From the sequence record SRR2962707_543: 38,994 nt of DNA. One strand, given 5' to 3'. The notes beneath the pieces were generated by a model. It was not told the DNA's origin and did no database searches. It worked only from the letters and a program-made list of their open reading frames with translations. The stretch's first letter is position 1, and each line of letters opens with the position of its first letter. The translations under genes and the position numbers were made by a program. Positions 8,752 to 17,722 of the stretch are shown piece by piece.

Positions 8752-9768
8752 TTACCCGCCGGTCACACTCATATGGCGTGAGACTGACGGGGCATTGGTG
8801 GTGCGGTCGATGATAAAGTCATGGCCTTTCGGCTTGCGGCTGATGGCTTCATCAATCGCACGGCTCACGGGTTCGTTGCTCATGGAAGTGCGCAGCGGCG
8901 TGCGCAAGTCGGCTGCATCGTCCTGCCCAAGACACATATAGAGCGTGCCAGTGCAGGTGAGGCGGACACGGTTGCAGCTTTCACAGAAATTATGGCTCAT
9001 GGGCGTGATAAGGCCTAAGCGTCCGCCGGTTTCTTTAACCTCAACATAGCGGGCAGGGCCGCCGGTTTTATAAGCAATGTCTTCAAGCGTGAATTGCTGC
9101 TCAAGGTCCCGGCGCACTTGGCTCAGCGGCAGATATTGATCGGTACGATCTTCTTCAATCTCGCCCATCGGCATGGTTTCGATCAGCGTTAGATCCATGC
9201 CTTCTCCGTGCGCCCAGCGCATCATATCAACGATTTCCATGTCGTTGACGTTTTTAAGCGCCACCGCGTTGATTTTAACATGCAGTCCCGCATTGCGCGC
9301 TGCTTTTATGCCTTCTAGAACACGATCAAGCGCGCCCCAGCGTGTGATCTGTTTAAATTTTTCGGCGTTTAGCGTGTCGAGCGACACATTGATGCGGCGC
9401 ACGCCATGGTCGGCTAATTGGCCTGCATATTTTTGCAGTTGAGAACCATTGGTGGTGAGCGTTAATTCTTCAAGCGCGCCGGATTTCAGGTGGCGTGATA
9501 ATTGCTCAATCAAGTGCATGATGTTTTTGCGCACCAGCGGCTCGCCGCCGGTTAGGCGCAAACGCTTCACGCCTTTTTCAATAAAGGTGCTGCAAAGGCG
9601 ATCAAGCTCTTCAAGGGTGAGCAGTTCTTTCTTTGGCAGAAAAGTCATGTGCTCTGACATGCAGTAAACACAGCGAAAATCGCAACGGTCCGTCACAGAG
9701 ACGCGCAGATAATCCACCATTCTGCCGAATGGATCGATCATTTGTCCGTCGCTTTGTGTTGCCGTCAT
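8752..9768 (-). CDS. moaA: GTP 3',8-cyclase MoaA (radical SAM)
   Basis: [24 protein letters not shown], second cluster [11 protein letters not shown]...C, C-terminal MSVTGG. Confidence 0.97.
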   Translation of the reverse strand: MTATQSDGQMIDPFGRMVDYLRVSVTDRCDFRCVYCMSEHMTFLPKKELLTLEELDRLCSTFIEKGVKRLRLTGGEPLVRKNIMHLIEQLSRHLKSGALEELTLTTNGSQLQKYAGQLADHGVRRINVSLDTLNAEKFKQITRWGALDRVLEGIKAARNAGLHVKINAVALKNVNDMEIVDMMRWAHGEGMDLTLIETMPMGEIEEDRTDQYLPLSQVRRDLEQQFTLEDIAYKTGGPARYVEVKETGGRLGLITPMSHNFCESCNRVRLTCTGTLYMCLGQDDAADLRTPLRTSMSNEPVSRAIDEAISRKPKGHDFIIDRTTNAPSVSRHMSVTGG

Positions 9769-9873
9769 GGTTTCAATATCCTATCGCTGGTGCTGCGACA
9801 TTTGGTTTGTAAAATACGCTTGGTCAATGGATAGGCTATCAAATGTACGTGTTTCAAGTAATGGAATTTTATA

Positions 9874-10227
9874 ATGAGCGAAATATGGCCTACCGAACTG
9901 CGTGTCGCAAAGGATAAGCGAACACTTCTTGTGGCGTTTGACAATGGCACTTCGTACGAATTGCCGAGTGAAATGTTGCGCGTGATGTCGCCTTCAGCCG
10001 AAGTGCAGGGGCATTCGCCGCAACAGCGTAAGACAATGAGCGGCAAACGCGATGTTGAAATTATGCGCGTTGAACCCATTGGCAATTATGCCGTGCGCAT
10101 TGTTTTCGATGATATGCACGATTCAGGTCTATTTACGTGGACCTATTTGGCAGAACTGGGCGCTGATAAGCAGGCTAAATGGGCTGAATATTTGAAAAAA
10201 TTGGAAGAAAAGGGATTGAGCCGATGA
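9874..10227 (+). CDS. DUF971 / GBBH-N-like small protein
   Basis: E.LRV.SPSAEVQGH and PIGNYAVRIVFDDMHDSGLFTW.YL are typical DUF971 motifs. Confidence 0.9.
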   Translation: MSEIWPTELRVAKDKRTLLVAFDNGTSYELPSEMLRVMSPSAEVQGHSPQQRKTMSGKRDVEIMRVEPIGNYAVRIVFDDMHDSGLFTWTYLAELGADKQAKWAEYLKKLEEKGLSR

Positions 10228-10841
10228 GTTTTGAGGCTGTGCGCAGCATTGAAGATTTAGAGGCTCTTTATGGGGCCGTTGGCGAGGCGTCGCAGGCTAA
10301 AGTCGCGGACCGCCTGACAGCTGAATATCGCGCCTTGATTGAGGCATCGCCGTTTTTTGCGCTGGCAACTGTCGGCCCAGAAGGGCTTGATTGCTCTCCG
10401 CGTGGTGAGCGTGAAGGCGCGTTCGTCATTCATGATGAAAAGACGATCATCATTCCTGACCGCCGCGGCAATAACCGTATTGATAGTTTGCGTAATATTG
10501 TGCGCAATCCAGAAATTGCGATGTTGTTTTTAATCCCGGGTTCTTTGACCACCATCCGTCTCAACGGCACAGCGATTGTGACAAAAGACGCTGATTTGTT
10601 GGCGCGCATGGAGCGTGATGGAAAACTGCCGCGTTCAGCGGTGGTTGTCACGTTACGTGAAATTTATACGCAATGTGGCCGTGCGGTATTGCGGGCAGAC
10701 TTATGGAACAGCGAATATTTCGTTGATCCAAAATCGATACCTTCGCCGGGCGATGTTCTAAAGGCACAAACAAATAATGCAATTGATGGCGCCGAATATG
10801 ATGCGCAATGGGCTGGCCGCGCCGAAAAGTCCATGTGGTAA
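10224..10841 (+). CDS. Pyridoxamine 5'-phosphate oxidase-like FMN-binding protein (MSMEG_1061 type)
   Basis: DCSPRG, PDRRGNNRIDSLRNI..NP, LFLIPG, QCGRAV.RA.LW. ATGA overlap with DUF971. Confidence 0.88.
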   Translation: MSFEAVRSIEDLEALYGAVGEASQAKVADRLTAEYRALIEASPFFALATVGPEGLDCSPRGEREGAFVIHDEKTIIIPDRRGNNRIDSLRNIVRNPEIAMLFLIPGSLTTIRLNGTAIVTKDADLLARMERDGKLPRSAVVVTLREIYTQCGRAVLRADLWNSEYFVDPKSIPSPGDVLKAQTNNAIDGAEYDAQWAGRAEKSMW

Positions 10842-10867
10842 AACCGCCCGGCTGGAAGCCGGACGGG
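10840..10867 (-). terminator. Probable intrinsic terminator of the fumarase gene
   Basis: Minus strand reads CCGUCCGGCU-UCC-AGCCGGGCGG-UUUU (10-bp stem with one G:U pair), between convergent genes. Confidence 0.6.
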
Positions 10868-10881
10868 GATTATCTTGAGCC

Positions 10882-12486
10882 TTAGCTCATGCCAAACTCT
10901 TGGAAGAAGTCGTTGCCTTTATCGTCGATAACGATAAAGGCGGGGAAGTTTTCAACATCGATGCACCAGATCGCTTCCATGCCGAGCTCTTCATATTCGA
11001 CCACTTCGACTTTTTTGATGCAGTCTTGTGCAAGGCGCGCTGCTGGGCCGCCGATAGAGCCAAGATAGAAGCCGCCATGGCTTTTGCACGCTTCGCGCAC
11101 TTGGCGTGAGCGGTTGCCCTTAGCAAGCATAATCATCGAGCCGCCAAAACTTTGGAATTGATCGACATAGCTGTCCATGCGGCCCGCTGTGGTCGGGCCA
11201 AATGAGCCTGATGCCATGCCTGTTGGGGTTTTAGCCGGACCTGCATAATAGATCGGATGGCTTTTGAAATATTCCGGCATTTCTTCGCCCGCTTCAAGGC
11301 GCGCTCTGATTTTTGAGTGGGCCAAGTCACGCGCAACGATAATCTTGCCGGTCAGAGAAAGACGAGTCTTTACAGGGTGTTTCGACAATTCTTTAAGAAT
11401 TGCCTCCATCGGCTGATTAAGGTCGATTTCAACAACTGTGCCACCTAGATGCGATACATCTACATCAGGCATATATTGCGCTGGATTGTTCTCTAGCTGC
11501 TCGATAAATACACCTTCTTTGGTGATTTTGCCGAGCGCTTGGCGGTCCGCAGAACATGAAACACCAAGGCCGATCGGCAATGATGCACCGTGGCGAGGCA
11601 AGCGAATAACGCGCACATCGTGGCAGAAATATTTACCGCCAAACTGTGCACCAATGCCCATGGACTGGGTCATTTTGTGCACTTCTTTTTCCATCTCAAG
11701 GTCGCGGAATGCATGCGCATCTTCTGAGCCTTCAGTGGGCAAATTATTGAGGTATCCGGTTGAAGCGAGTTTAACGGTTTTCAAATTCATCTCAGCGGAT
11801 GTGCCGCCGATGACAATGGCTAAGTGATAAGGAGGGCAGGCAGATGTGCCGAGCGTCAAGATTTTCTCATGCAAGAACTCTTTCAAGCGCTCAGGTGTGA
11901 GCAATGATGGCGTGCCTTGAAACAAGAATGTTTTGTTAGCAGAGCCGCCGCCTTTGGCAACGAATAGGAACTCATATTCGTCGTCGCCTTCTTCATAGAT
12001 ATCGACCTGTGCGGGTAGGTTGTTCTTTGTGTTCTTTTCTTCGAACATAGAAAGAGGGGCTAGCTGCGAATAGCGCAGATTTTTCTTTTCATAGGCATCT
12101 AGAACGCCTTTGCTTATCGCGTCTTCATCGCCGCCATCTGTCCATACGCGGCGGCCTTTTTTCGCCATGACAATCGCTGTGCCGGTGTCCTGACACATCG
12201 GTAAGACACCGCCAGCGGATATGTTAGCATTTTTCATCAGATCATAGGCAACGAAACGGTCATTATCGGTCGCTTCTGGGTCTTCCAAAATATGCGCCAA
12301 TTGTTTCAGATGGTTTGGACGAAGCAAATGGTTGATGTCTGAAAAGGCAGCCTCGGAGAGCATACGAATTGCTTCTTCTTTGACGACAAGCATGTCAGAG
12401 CCGCGAAAATTATCCACTGAAACATAGTCGTCGCTTAATTTGCGCCATTGTGTTTCTGATTTGCTCAACGGGAATAGCTTGCTCAT
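10882..12486 (-). CDS. fumA: Fumarate hydratase class I (Fe-S)
   Basis: [61 protein letters not shown]. Confidence 0.95.
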   Translation of the reverse strand: MSKLFPLSKSETQWRKLSDDYVSVDNFRGSDMLVVKEEAIRMLSEAAFSDINHLLRPNHLKQLAHILEDPEATDNDRFVAYDLMKNANISAGGVLPMCQDTGTAIVMAKKGRRVWTDGGDEDAISKGVLDAYEKKNLRYSQLAPLSMFEEKNTKNNLPAQVDIYEEGDDEYEFLFVAKGGGSANKTFLFQGTPSLLTPERLKEFLHEKILTLGTSACPPYHLAIVIGGTSAEMNLKTVKLASTGYLNNLPTEGSEDAHAFRDLEMEKEVHKMTQSMGIGAQFGGKYFCHDVRVIRLPRHGASLPIGLGVSCSADRQALGKITKEGVFIEQLENNPAQYMPDVDVSHLGGTVVEIDLNQPMEAILKELSKHPVKTRLSLTGKIIVARDLAHSKIRARLEAGEEMPEYFKSHPIYYAGPAKTPTGMASGSFGPTTAGRMDSYVDQFQSFGGSMIMLAKGNRSRQVREACKSHGGFYLGSIGGPAARLAQDCIKKVEVVEYEELGMEAIWCIDVENFPAFIVIDDKGNDFFQEFGMS

Positions 12487-12808
12487 TTGTTCATCCTAAA
12501 ACGTTACTTTATGCACAGGTGGGTGCTTGGTTACTCATAGACAAGGCATATGAAATGGCAATTCAACTTTTGCCGTGAATTGAATTTTTGATACCAAGTT
12601 TATGCGATGAATGAAAAAAAATCCCAACAGTGACGGCTAAATCATGGTCGCTTTTTATGTCATTGCGCGCTCAAACGTGTTTCTGCGGGCAAAATCCTTG
12701 GCTAGATCTTTACCGGATAGATAGAATTTTATGTTTTAAATTCGCCTCATATTGAGAGTTTTGAGCCATATTAGAGGCTTAATTGCCCTTTTGGGGGGCG
12801 GAGGTAAA

Positions 12809-14233
12809 ATGTTTAAGAGATTTGTTGGCGATAAACGCGGTAATTTTGCAATAATGTTTGCGTTTGCAATGATGCCAATTTTGGGCGGCATTGCGATGAC
12901 GCTTGAATATACAAATCTTAGCCGAAATTTTGCGTCTTTGCAAAATGCGACTGACGCTGCGTCGCTATTTGCCGGTCGCTATTATTTGAACAATTCGCGC
13001 ACGCTGCCAAGCACAGCGAACTTTAAAGGTTTTGTTGAATCCAATTTCGAAGGCCAGCTGGACAATGCGACGATGGTCATATCCGGCGATGATCTCATTG
13101 TTACATCTAAATCAACCGTGCCCGCTTTCTTCTTTGGAAATTTAGCACCTTCTGTATTTGCGCAGACGGCAAATGCAACCATTCCAATCAACCAAGCTGT
13201 TGATATCGAAGTTGCGATGGTTCTGGATGTGACAGGTTCGATGGCCTATGCGGTTTCCGGCGACAATAAATCAAAAATTGATAGGCTCAAAACGGCGGCA
13301 AAGAATTTTGTAAACACACTTAACATTGAGGGGCCGGGCAACGATAATTCGGTCAAATTCTCTGTTGTGCCGTTTGCTGCTCATGTAAATGTTGGGTCTG
13401 AATATAGAGGTGAGTGGTGGTTAAATGTTCCATCTGCTCCAATTTATCAGCAGGTATGCAATAATGTTAATCAGCCATATTATCAGGACTATTGGGGCTG
13501 GGGTTGGTTAAAGAATTGGTGGGGTGGTTCGTATTGGGGCTACGGCCATATCACAGGCTGGGTTGATAACTGGGTCCAACAATGTAGCAATCAATATACT
13601 GGTGAAAAACCGTGGAAGGGCTGTGTTGGATCCCGGTCTGGAAACTATGCCTTCACGGATGCGGACTATAATTCCCACAAAATTGAAGCGCTGCTAAACT
13701 CTCCAAATGATGATTATTGTCCAACAGCGAAAATTATGCCGTTGACGAATAATATCTCTACCGTGAAAACGAAAATTGACAGCTTGGCTGCTGACGGCGG
13801 CACCTATATTGCGCCCGGTGTTATGTGGGGCCAGCGCCTTTTGTCACCGCAAGCGCCATTTGACCAAGGAAAAGCGATTGGGGCTGTTGCACAGGGGATT
13901 ACGCAGCAAAAAGTCATGATTGTAATGACTGACGGCGATAATACAATTTCAGCAGGCGATACCAATACGCCTTATCACGATGGCGGTAACGGACAAAACT
14001 GGAGCTCTGCTGCGGATACTGAAACGAAAAAAGCATGTGATACAGCTAGGGCTGCGGGCACGGTGGTTTACACCATATTTTTTGGCGAAGGTGCCGCTGC
14101 AAATACGAAAACTATGCTTACGGAATGTGCCGGTAGTTCAACCCGTTTTTTCAATGCGACAGACTCGCAGAAACTAAACGACGCTTTCTCGGATATTGCT
14201 GGCAAAATCATGAAACTGCATTTGGCGAGCTAA
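12809..14233 (+). CDS. TadE/TadG-like pilus-associated protein with C-terminal vWA domain (orphan)
   Basis: GGAGGT RBS before ATG12809; prepilin-like DKRG|NFAIMFA followed by a hydrophobic helix; LQNATDAASL; MIDAS elements VLDVTGSM, GGTY, MTDG; WKGCV..R; C-terminal CA...FF.A....L..AF..IA. Confidence 0.88.
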   Translation: MFKRFVGDKRGNFAIMFAFAMMPILGGIAMTLEYTNLSRNFASLQNATDAASLFAGRYYLNNSRTLPSTANFKGFVESNFEGQLDNATMVISGDDLIVTSKSTVPAFFFGNLAPSVFAQTANATIPINQAVDIEVAMVLDVTGSMAYAVSGDNKSKIDRLKTAAKNFVNTLNIEGPGNDNSVKFSVVPFAAHVNVGSEYRGEWWLNVPSAPIYQQVCNNVNQPYYQDYWGWGWLKNWWGGSYWGYGHITGWVDNWVQQCSNQYTGEKPWKGCVGSRSGNYAFTDADYNSHKIEALLNSPNDDYCPTAKIMPLTNNISTVKTKIDSLAADGGTYIAPGVMWGQRLLSPQAPFDQGKAIGAVAQGITQQKVMIVMTDGDNTISAGDTNTPYHDGGNGQNWSSAADTETKKACDTARAAGTVVYTIFFGEGAAANTKTMLTECAGSSTRFFNATDSQKLNDAFSDIAGKIMKLHLAS

Positions 14234-14256
14234 GAGCGCTTCACTGATAACAAATT

Positions 14257-14297
14257 AAAGCGCGGCGCTTTAAATATAGGCGCCGCGCTTTTTTGTT
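14257..14297 (+). terminator. Intrinsic terminator, probably bidirectional
   Basis: AAAGCGCGGCGC pairs with GCGCCGCGCTTT and is followed by a T-run, between convergent tadG-like and desaturase genes. Confidence 0.85.
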
Positions 14298-14300
14298 TAT

Positions 14301-15347
14301 TTATGCGGGCACTGGTATGCGCGCATCAGCGAAGGTAACTAATTTACGCTTCTCTTCGTCCCACAATTGTAGCTTTACGCATTTAAGGCTTTCCCAAAAT
14401 GTGAGGCGACGAATTTCAGCCAATGGCGGATTATCTTTGAGCACTTGGCGAAGACGGTAGAATGGAATTTTGCTGTAAAGGTGATGCACATGGTGGATAC
14501 CAATGTTAGCCGTTAGCCAGCTAAACAATGGCGGCAAGTCATAATGCGAACTGCCGTAAAGGGCAGCTTCATGAAGCTGCCATTCAGGACCTGATTCCCA
14601 AACGGTTTCTTCAAATTGATGCTGAACGTAAAATAGCCATACGCCGATGGCGGCCGCCATAATGCTGGTTGCTAGAAATATGGTGAAAAAAGCTGCTGCG
14701 CCCATGAGGTAAATCAGAACCGCTGCGATTAGAATAATACCAAAATTCGTGCCCATTGCACTGAGCCAATATTTCATGCCGGATTTGAAGAAGTTCCACG
14801 GCAAGCGATTATCAAGTAAAAACACATAGGCAGGGCCGATTACAAACATGATGATCGGGTTTCGGTATGCGCGATAGGTAAATCGGCCCCAAAAGCCGCG
14901 ATCTTGGAATTCTTTGACGGTGAGCGTTTTAATATCGCCGATGCCGCGCTTGTCCAAATTACCAGACGACGCATGATGCAAAATGTGGCTCTGACGCCAT
15001 ACATCATAAGGGGTGAGCGTTAAAACGCCGAGCGCACGACCCACCCAATCATTGGCTGCTTTTGAGCGGAAAAACGCACCATGACCACAGTCATGTTGAA
15101 TGGCGAATAATCGCACGAGGAAAAAGGCTGCAGGCACGCAAATAGCGGCAGAAAGCAGCGGGCTGATTGCGAAAACAAACCACGCGGTCAACCACAGCAG
15201 AACAAATGGAATCAATGTCCATGCAATTTCTAATGTAGACCAACCATGATGTGGGTTTCGATATTTTGATAATGTCCGCATCCAATCCACAGCAGGCTTA
15301 TCGCCTTGGCGCGTCGTTAAAGCGTCATCTTTCGGTGTCTTGGTCAT
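14301..15347 (-). CDS. Membrane fatty acid desaturase (Des/DesA-like)
   Basis: Three His boxes HDCGH, HILHH and HHVHH; WLFYVQHQF; IPFYRL. Confidence 0.93.
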   Translation of the reverse strand: MTKTPKDDALTTRQGDKPAVDWMRTLSKYRNPHHGWSTLEIAWTLIPFVLLWLTAWFVFAISPLLSAAICVPAAFFLVRLFAIQHDCGHGAFFRSKAANDWVGRALGVLTLTPYDVWRQSHILHHASSGNLDKRGIGDIKTLTVKEFQDRGFWGRFTYRAYRNPIIMFVIGPAYVFLLDNRLPWNFFKSGMKYWLSAMGTNFGIILIAAVLIYLMGAAAFFTIFLATSIMAAAIGVWLFYVQHQFEETVWESGPEWQLHEAALYGSSHYDLPPLFSWLTANIGIHHVHHLYSKIPFYRLRQVLKDNPPLAEIRRLTFWESLKCVKLQLWDEEKRKLVTFADARIPVPA

Positions 15348-15446
15348 TTTATCCCGTTCATGTTTATTTGTACCTAAAGGGCACGAAAACGGGTCAAGTA
15401 CAAATTAATTCTTGGGATTTTCACAGGCTAAGCAATCGTAAAATGT

Positions 15447-16136
15447 CTAAGAACCGTTAGATTGCATCAACTTAGCAATTAATTCAGGCGTCATGTCATC
15501 GTAGTGACATATTACCACATCGAGCGGGAAATCGCTTAAAGGTTGATCTGAATATCCAAATTCAACCCCGATGATGGGCACATCGGCTGCAAGTGCTGTT
15601 TTAAAGTCGGTGGATGTGTCACCGACCATAATTGCATTTTTTCGGCTTCCGCCGGCCATATCGATTGTTTTTAAAAGATGGTCTGGGTGCGGTTTTCGCA
15701 CATCAAAAGTATCTTGCCCTGTTACAGCTTGAAATAGTTCGGCCAGCCCCAGTTCTTTCAGCAGCTTGTTTGCAAGATATTCGGTCTTGTTGGTGCAGAC
15801 AGCAAATTGATGCCCCGCATCTGCCAACGCTTCTAAGCTTGTGAGCAATCCGGGGAAGGGCGCTGATGTGCCCGGCATCGCGGCTGCATAATGGGCGACG
15901 AACGCTGCGACGAGGCGGTCAAGCTCGCTTTCTGAAATTTCCTGCTCTTCGTATTCGTAAACTTTGCGCAGCATGGTGCGGCCGCCAAACCCAACAAGCG
16001 GGCGAATGATATCTGTGTTTATCGGTTCCATGCCTTCACCCACAACGATATGATTGAGGCTGTTTAAAAGATCAGGCGCCGTATCAATGAGCGTTCCGTC
16101 AAGATCAAAGACAATAAGCGCAGGTTGATTCGACAT
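15447..16136 (-). CDS. gph: HAD hydrolase, phosphoglycolate phosphatase
   Basis: FDLDGTLIDT, VCTNK, KPHP, MVGD. Divergent from rpiA. Confidence 0.85.
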   Translation of the reverse strand: MSNQPALIVFDLDGTLIDTAPDLLNSLNHIVVGEGMEPINTDIIRPLVGFGGRTMLRKVYEYEEQEISESELDRLVAAFVAHYAAAMPGTSAPFPGLLTSLEALADAGHQFAVCTNKTEYLANKLLKELGLAELFQAVTGQDTFDVRKPHPDHLLKTIDMAGGSRKNAIMVGDTSTDFKTALAADVPIIGVEFGYSDQPLSDFPLDVVICHYDDMTPELIAKLMQSNGS

Positions 16137-16300
16137 CGGTGGGGCTCCTTTGCTTATTGGTTAGTCGGATTCGCATTAAACGAAAAGCGGTTGCAATGAC
16201 GGTTTTTTAGCGCTGTTTGCTGTCGGTGGCGATTTTTCACGGTTGGCGGCGTAGCCCTGCTATGGTATCGCGAAGCATGTTGAATGGGGTGGAGAAACTA

Positions 16301-16999
16301 ATGTCTCAACAGGCAATGAAAATTGAGGCGGCGCGCGAAGCGCTTAAACATGTTGAAGATGGCATGCGTCTTGGCATTGGAACTGGGTCTACAGCAGAAG
16401 AATTCGTGCGGTTGCTCGCTGAACGCGTAAGTTCAGGGTTTTCGGTTATCGGCGTTCCTACATCAGAGCGCACAGCGCATCTGTGCATTGAATTGGGTAT
16501 TCCGCTTTCTACACTTGAAGAAACGCCGGAACTGGACCTGACAATTGATGGTGCCGATGAGTTGGATAAGCAGCTTAATTTGATAAAGGGCGGCGGCGGC
16601 GCGTTGCTTCGCGAAAAGATTGTTGCATTCGCGTCAACTAAAATGATCGTTATCGCCGATGAATCAAAGGTTGTTGAAACCTTGGGTGATTTCCCACTTC
16701 CCATTGAAGTTAATAAGTTTGGATTGGGTTCGACACGCATCGCTATTGAAAAAGCGGCTCAATCACTTGGCCTGTCAGGCTCATTGGTTTTGCGTGAGTA
16801 TCGCAAGGGTGAAGTTTTCGAGACCGACGGTGGAAACCTTATTCTAGACGCATCATTCGGCCACATTTCCAATCCAAATGAGTTATCTCTTGCCTTACAT
16901 TCGATTCCTGGCGTTGTAGAGCACGGGCTGTTTATCGGTTTGGCTGATATGGCTATTGTGGCTAGCGCGGATGGTGTGAAGGCAGTTTTACCTGCATAA
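16301..16999 (+). CDS. rpiA: Ribose-5-phosphate isomerase A
   Basis: [44 protein letters not shown] before ATG16301. Confidence 0.96.
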   Translation: MSQQAMKIEAAREALKHVEDGMRLGIGTGSTAEEFVRLLAERVSSGFSVIGVPTSERTAHLCIELGIPLSTLEETPELDLTIDGADELDKQLNLIKGGGGALLREKIVAFASTKMIVIADESKVVETLGDFPLPIEVNKFGLGSTRIAIEKAAQSLGLSGSLVLREYRKGEVFETDGGNLILDASFGHISNPNELSLALHSIPGVVEHGLFIGLADMAIVASADGVKAVLPA

Positions 17000-17037
17000 T
17001 CGAGTTGGTTGTTTTGGTAACTGCCGACAATAAAAAG

Positions 17038-17601
17038 ATGGAGTTTAAATTGAAGAGTTTGCGTAATTTGGTTTCTACGGGAGCCCTGATGGTTAGTTTG
17101 GCCATTTCGACTGTATCTAGCGCAAATGCGCAGGATATTTCTGAAAGCCACATGAATGCGGCGCGCGCTGCTATTCAAGCTATTCAAGCAACTGATCGTT
17201 TTGATGATATTTTGCCGAATGTAGCAGAAGCAATCAAACAACAATTGATTTCAAACAATCCGGATATTGAGCCTCAGATCAACGAAGCTGTTGATACAGA
17301 AACCATCAAAATGGTTTCACGCCGCTCTGATCTGGAGACTGAAGCTGCCAGTGCTTATGCGAAAGCACTCACAGAAGATGATTTGAATGCGATCACCGCG
17401 TTTTATAATTCTGATGCGGGCAAGGCGTTGCTTGCCAATGGCCCAATTGCTGCGCGTGAAGTGCAGGGCGCAGCCGGTGTTTGGCAGCGCGGTATCGAGC
17501 GTGATTTGTTGGCTAATGTTTCTAAGCAGCTTGCAGAAACTGCGCCGCGTACAGCGCCAACAACGCCAGAAGCTCCTGCTGAGGCGCCAAAAGCTCAATA
17601 A
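17038..17601 (+). CDS. DUF2059 domain-containing exported protein
   Basis: Signal peptide ending ANA-QD; Y...LTEDDLNAITAFYNSDAGK motif; Pro/Ala-rich tail. Start ATG17038 or TTG17050. Confidence 0.88.
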   Translation: MEFKLKSLRNLVSTGALMVSLAISTVSSANAQDISESHMNAARAAIQAIQATDRFDDILPNVAEAIKQQLISNNPDIEPQINEAVDTETIKMVSRRSDLETEAASAYAKALTEDDLNAITAFYNSDAGKALLANGPIAAREVQGAAGVWQRGIERDLLANVSKQLAETAPRTAPTTPEAPAEAPKAQ

Positions 17602-17612
17602 AATCGACATAT

Positions 17613-17636
17613 TTAACTGCAACTGGTTGCAGTTAA
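17613..17636. promoter_or_regulatory. Perfect 11-2-11 inverted repeat upstream of gor (operator or hairpin)
   Basis: TTAACTGCAAC-TG-GTTGCAGTTAA, with no U-tract on the + strand. Confidence 0.5.
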
Positions 17637-17722
17637 GTCAAAAACTTCTTAGCTGCGAGTTGGATAAAACCTCTCGCGGCTTTTTGTGTCGCGTATTTCT
17701 GCCGCAATAAAATTTGGATGAT

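Noticed and set aside
12550..12591. 13-codon ORF MKWQFNFCRELNF and AATTCAA/TTGAATT inverted repeat upstream of fumA
   Set aside because: Too short, not pilin-like, and does not match the Irr ICE spacing; expected by chance in AT-rich DNA.
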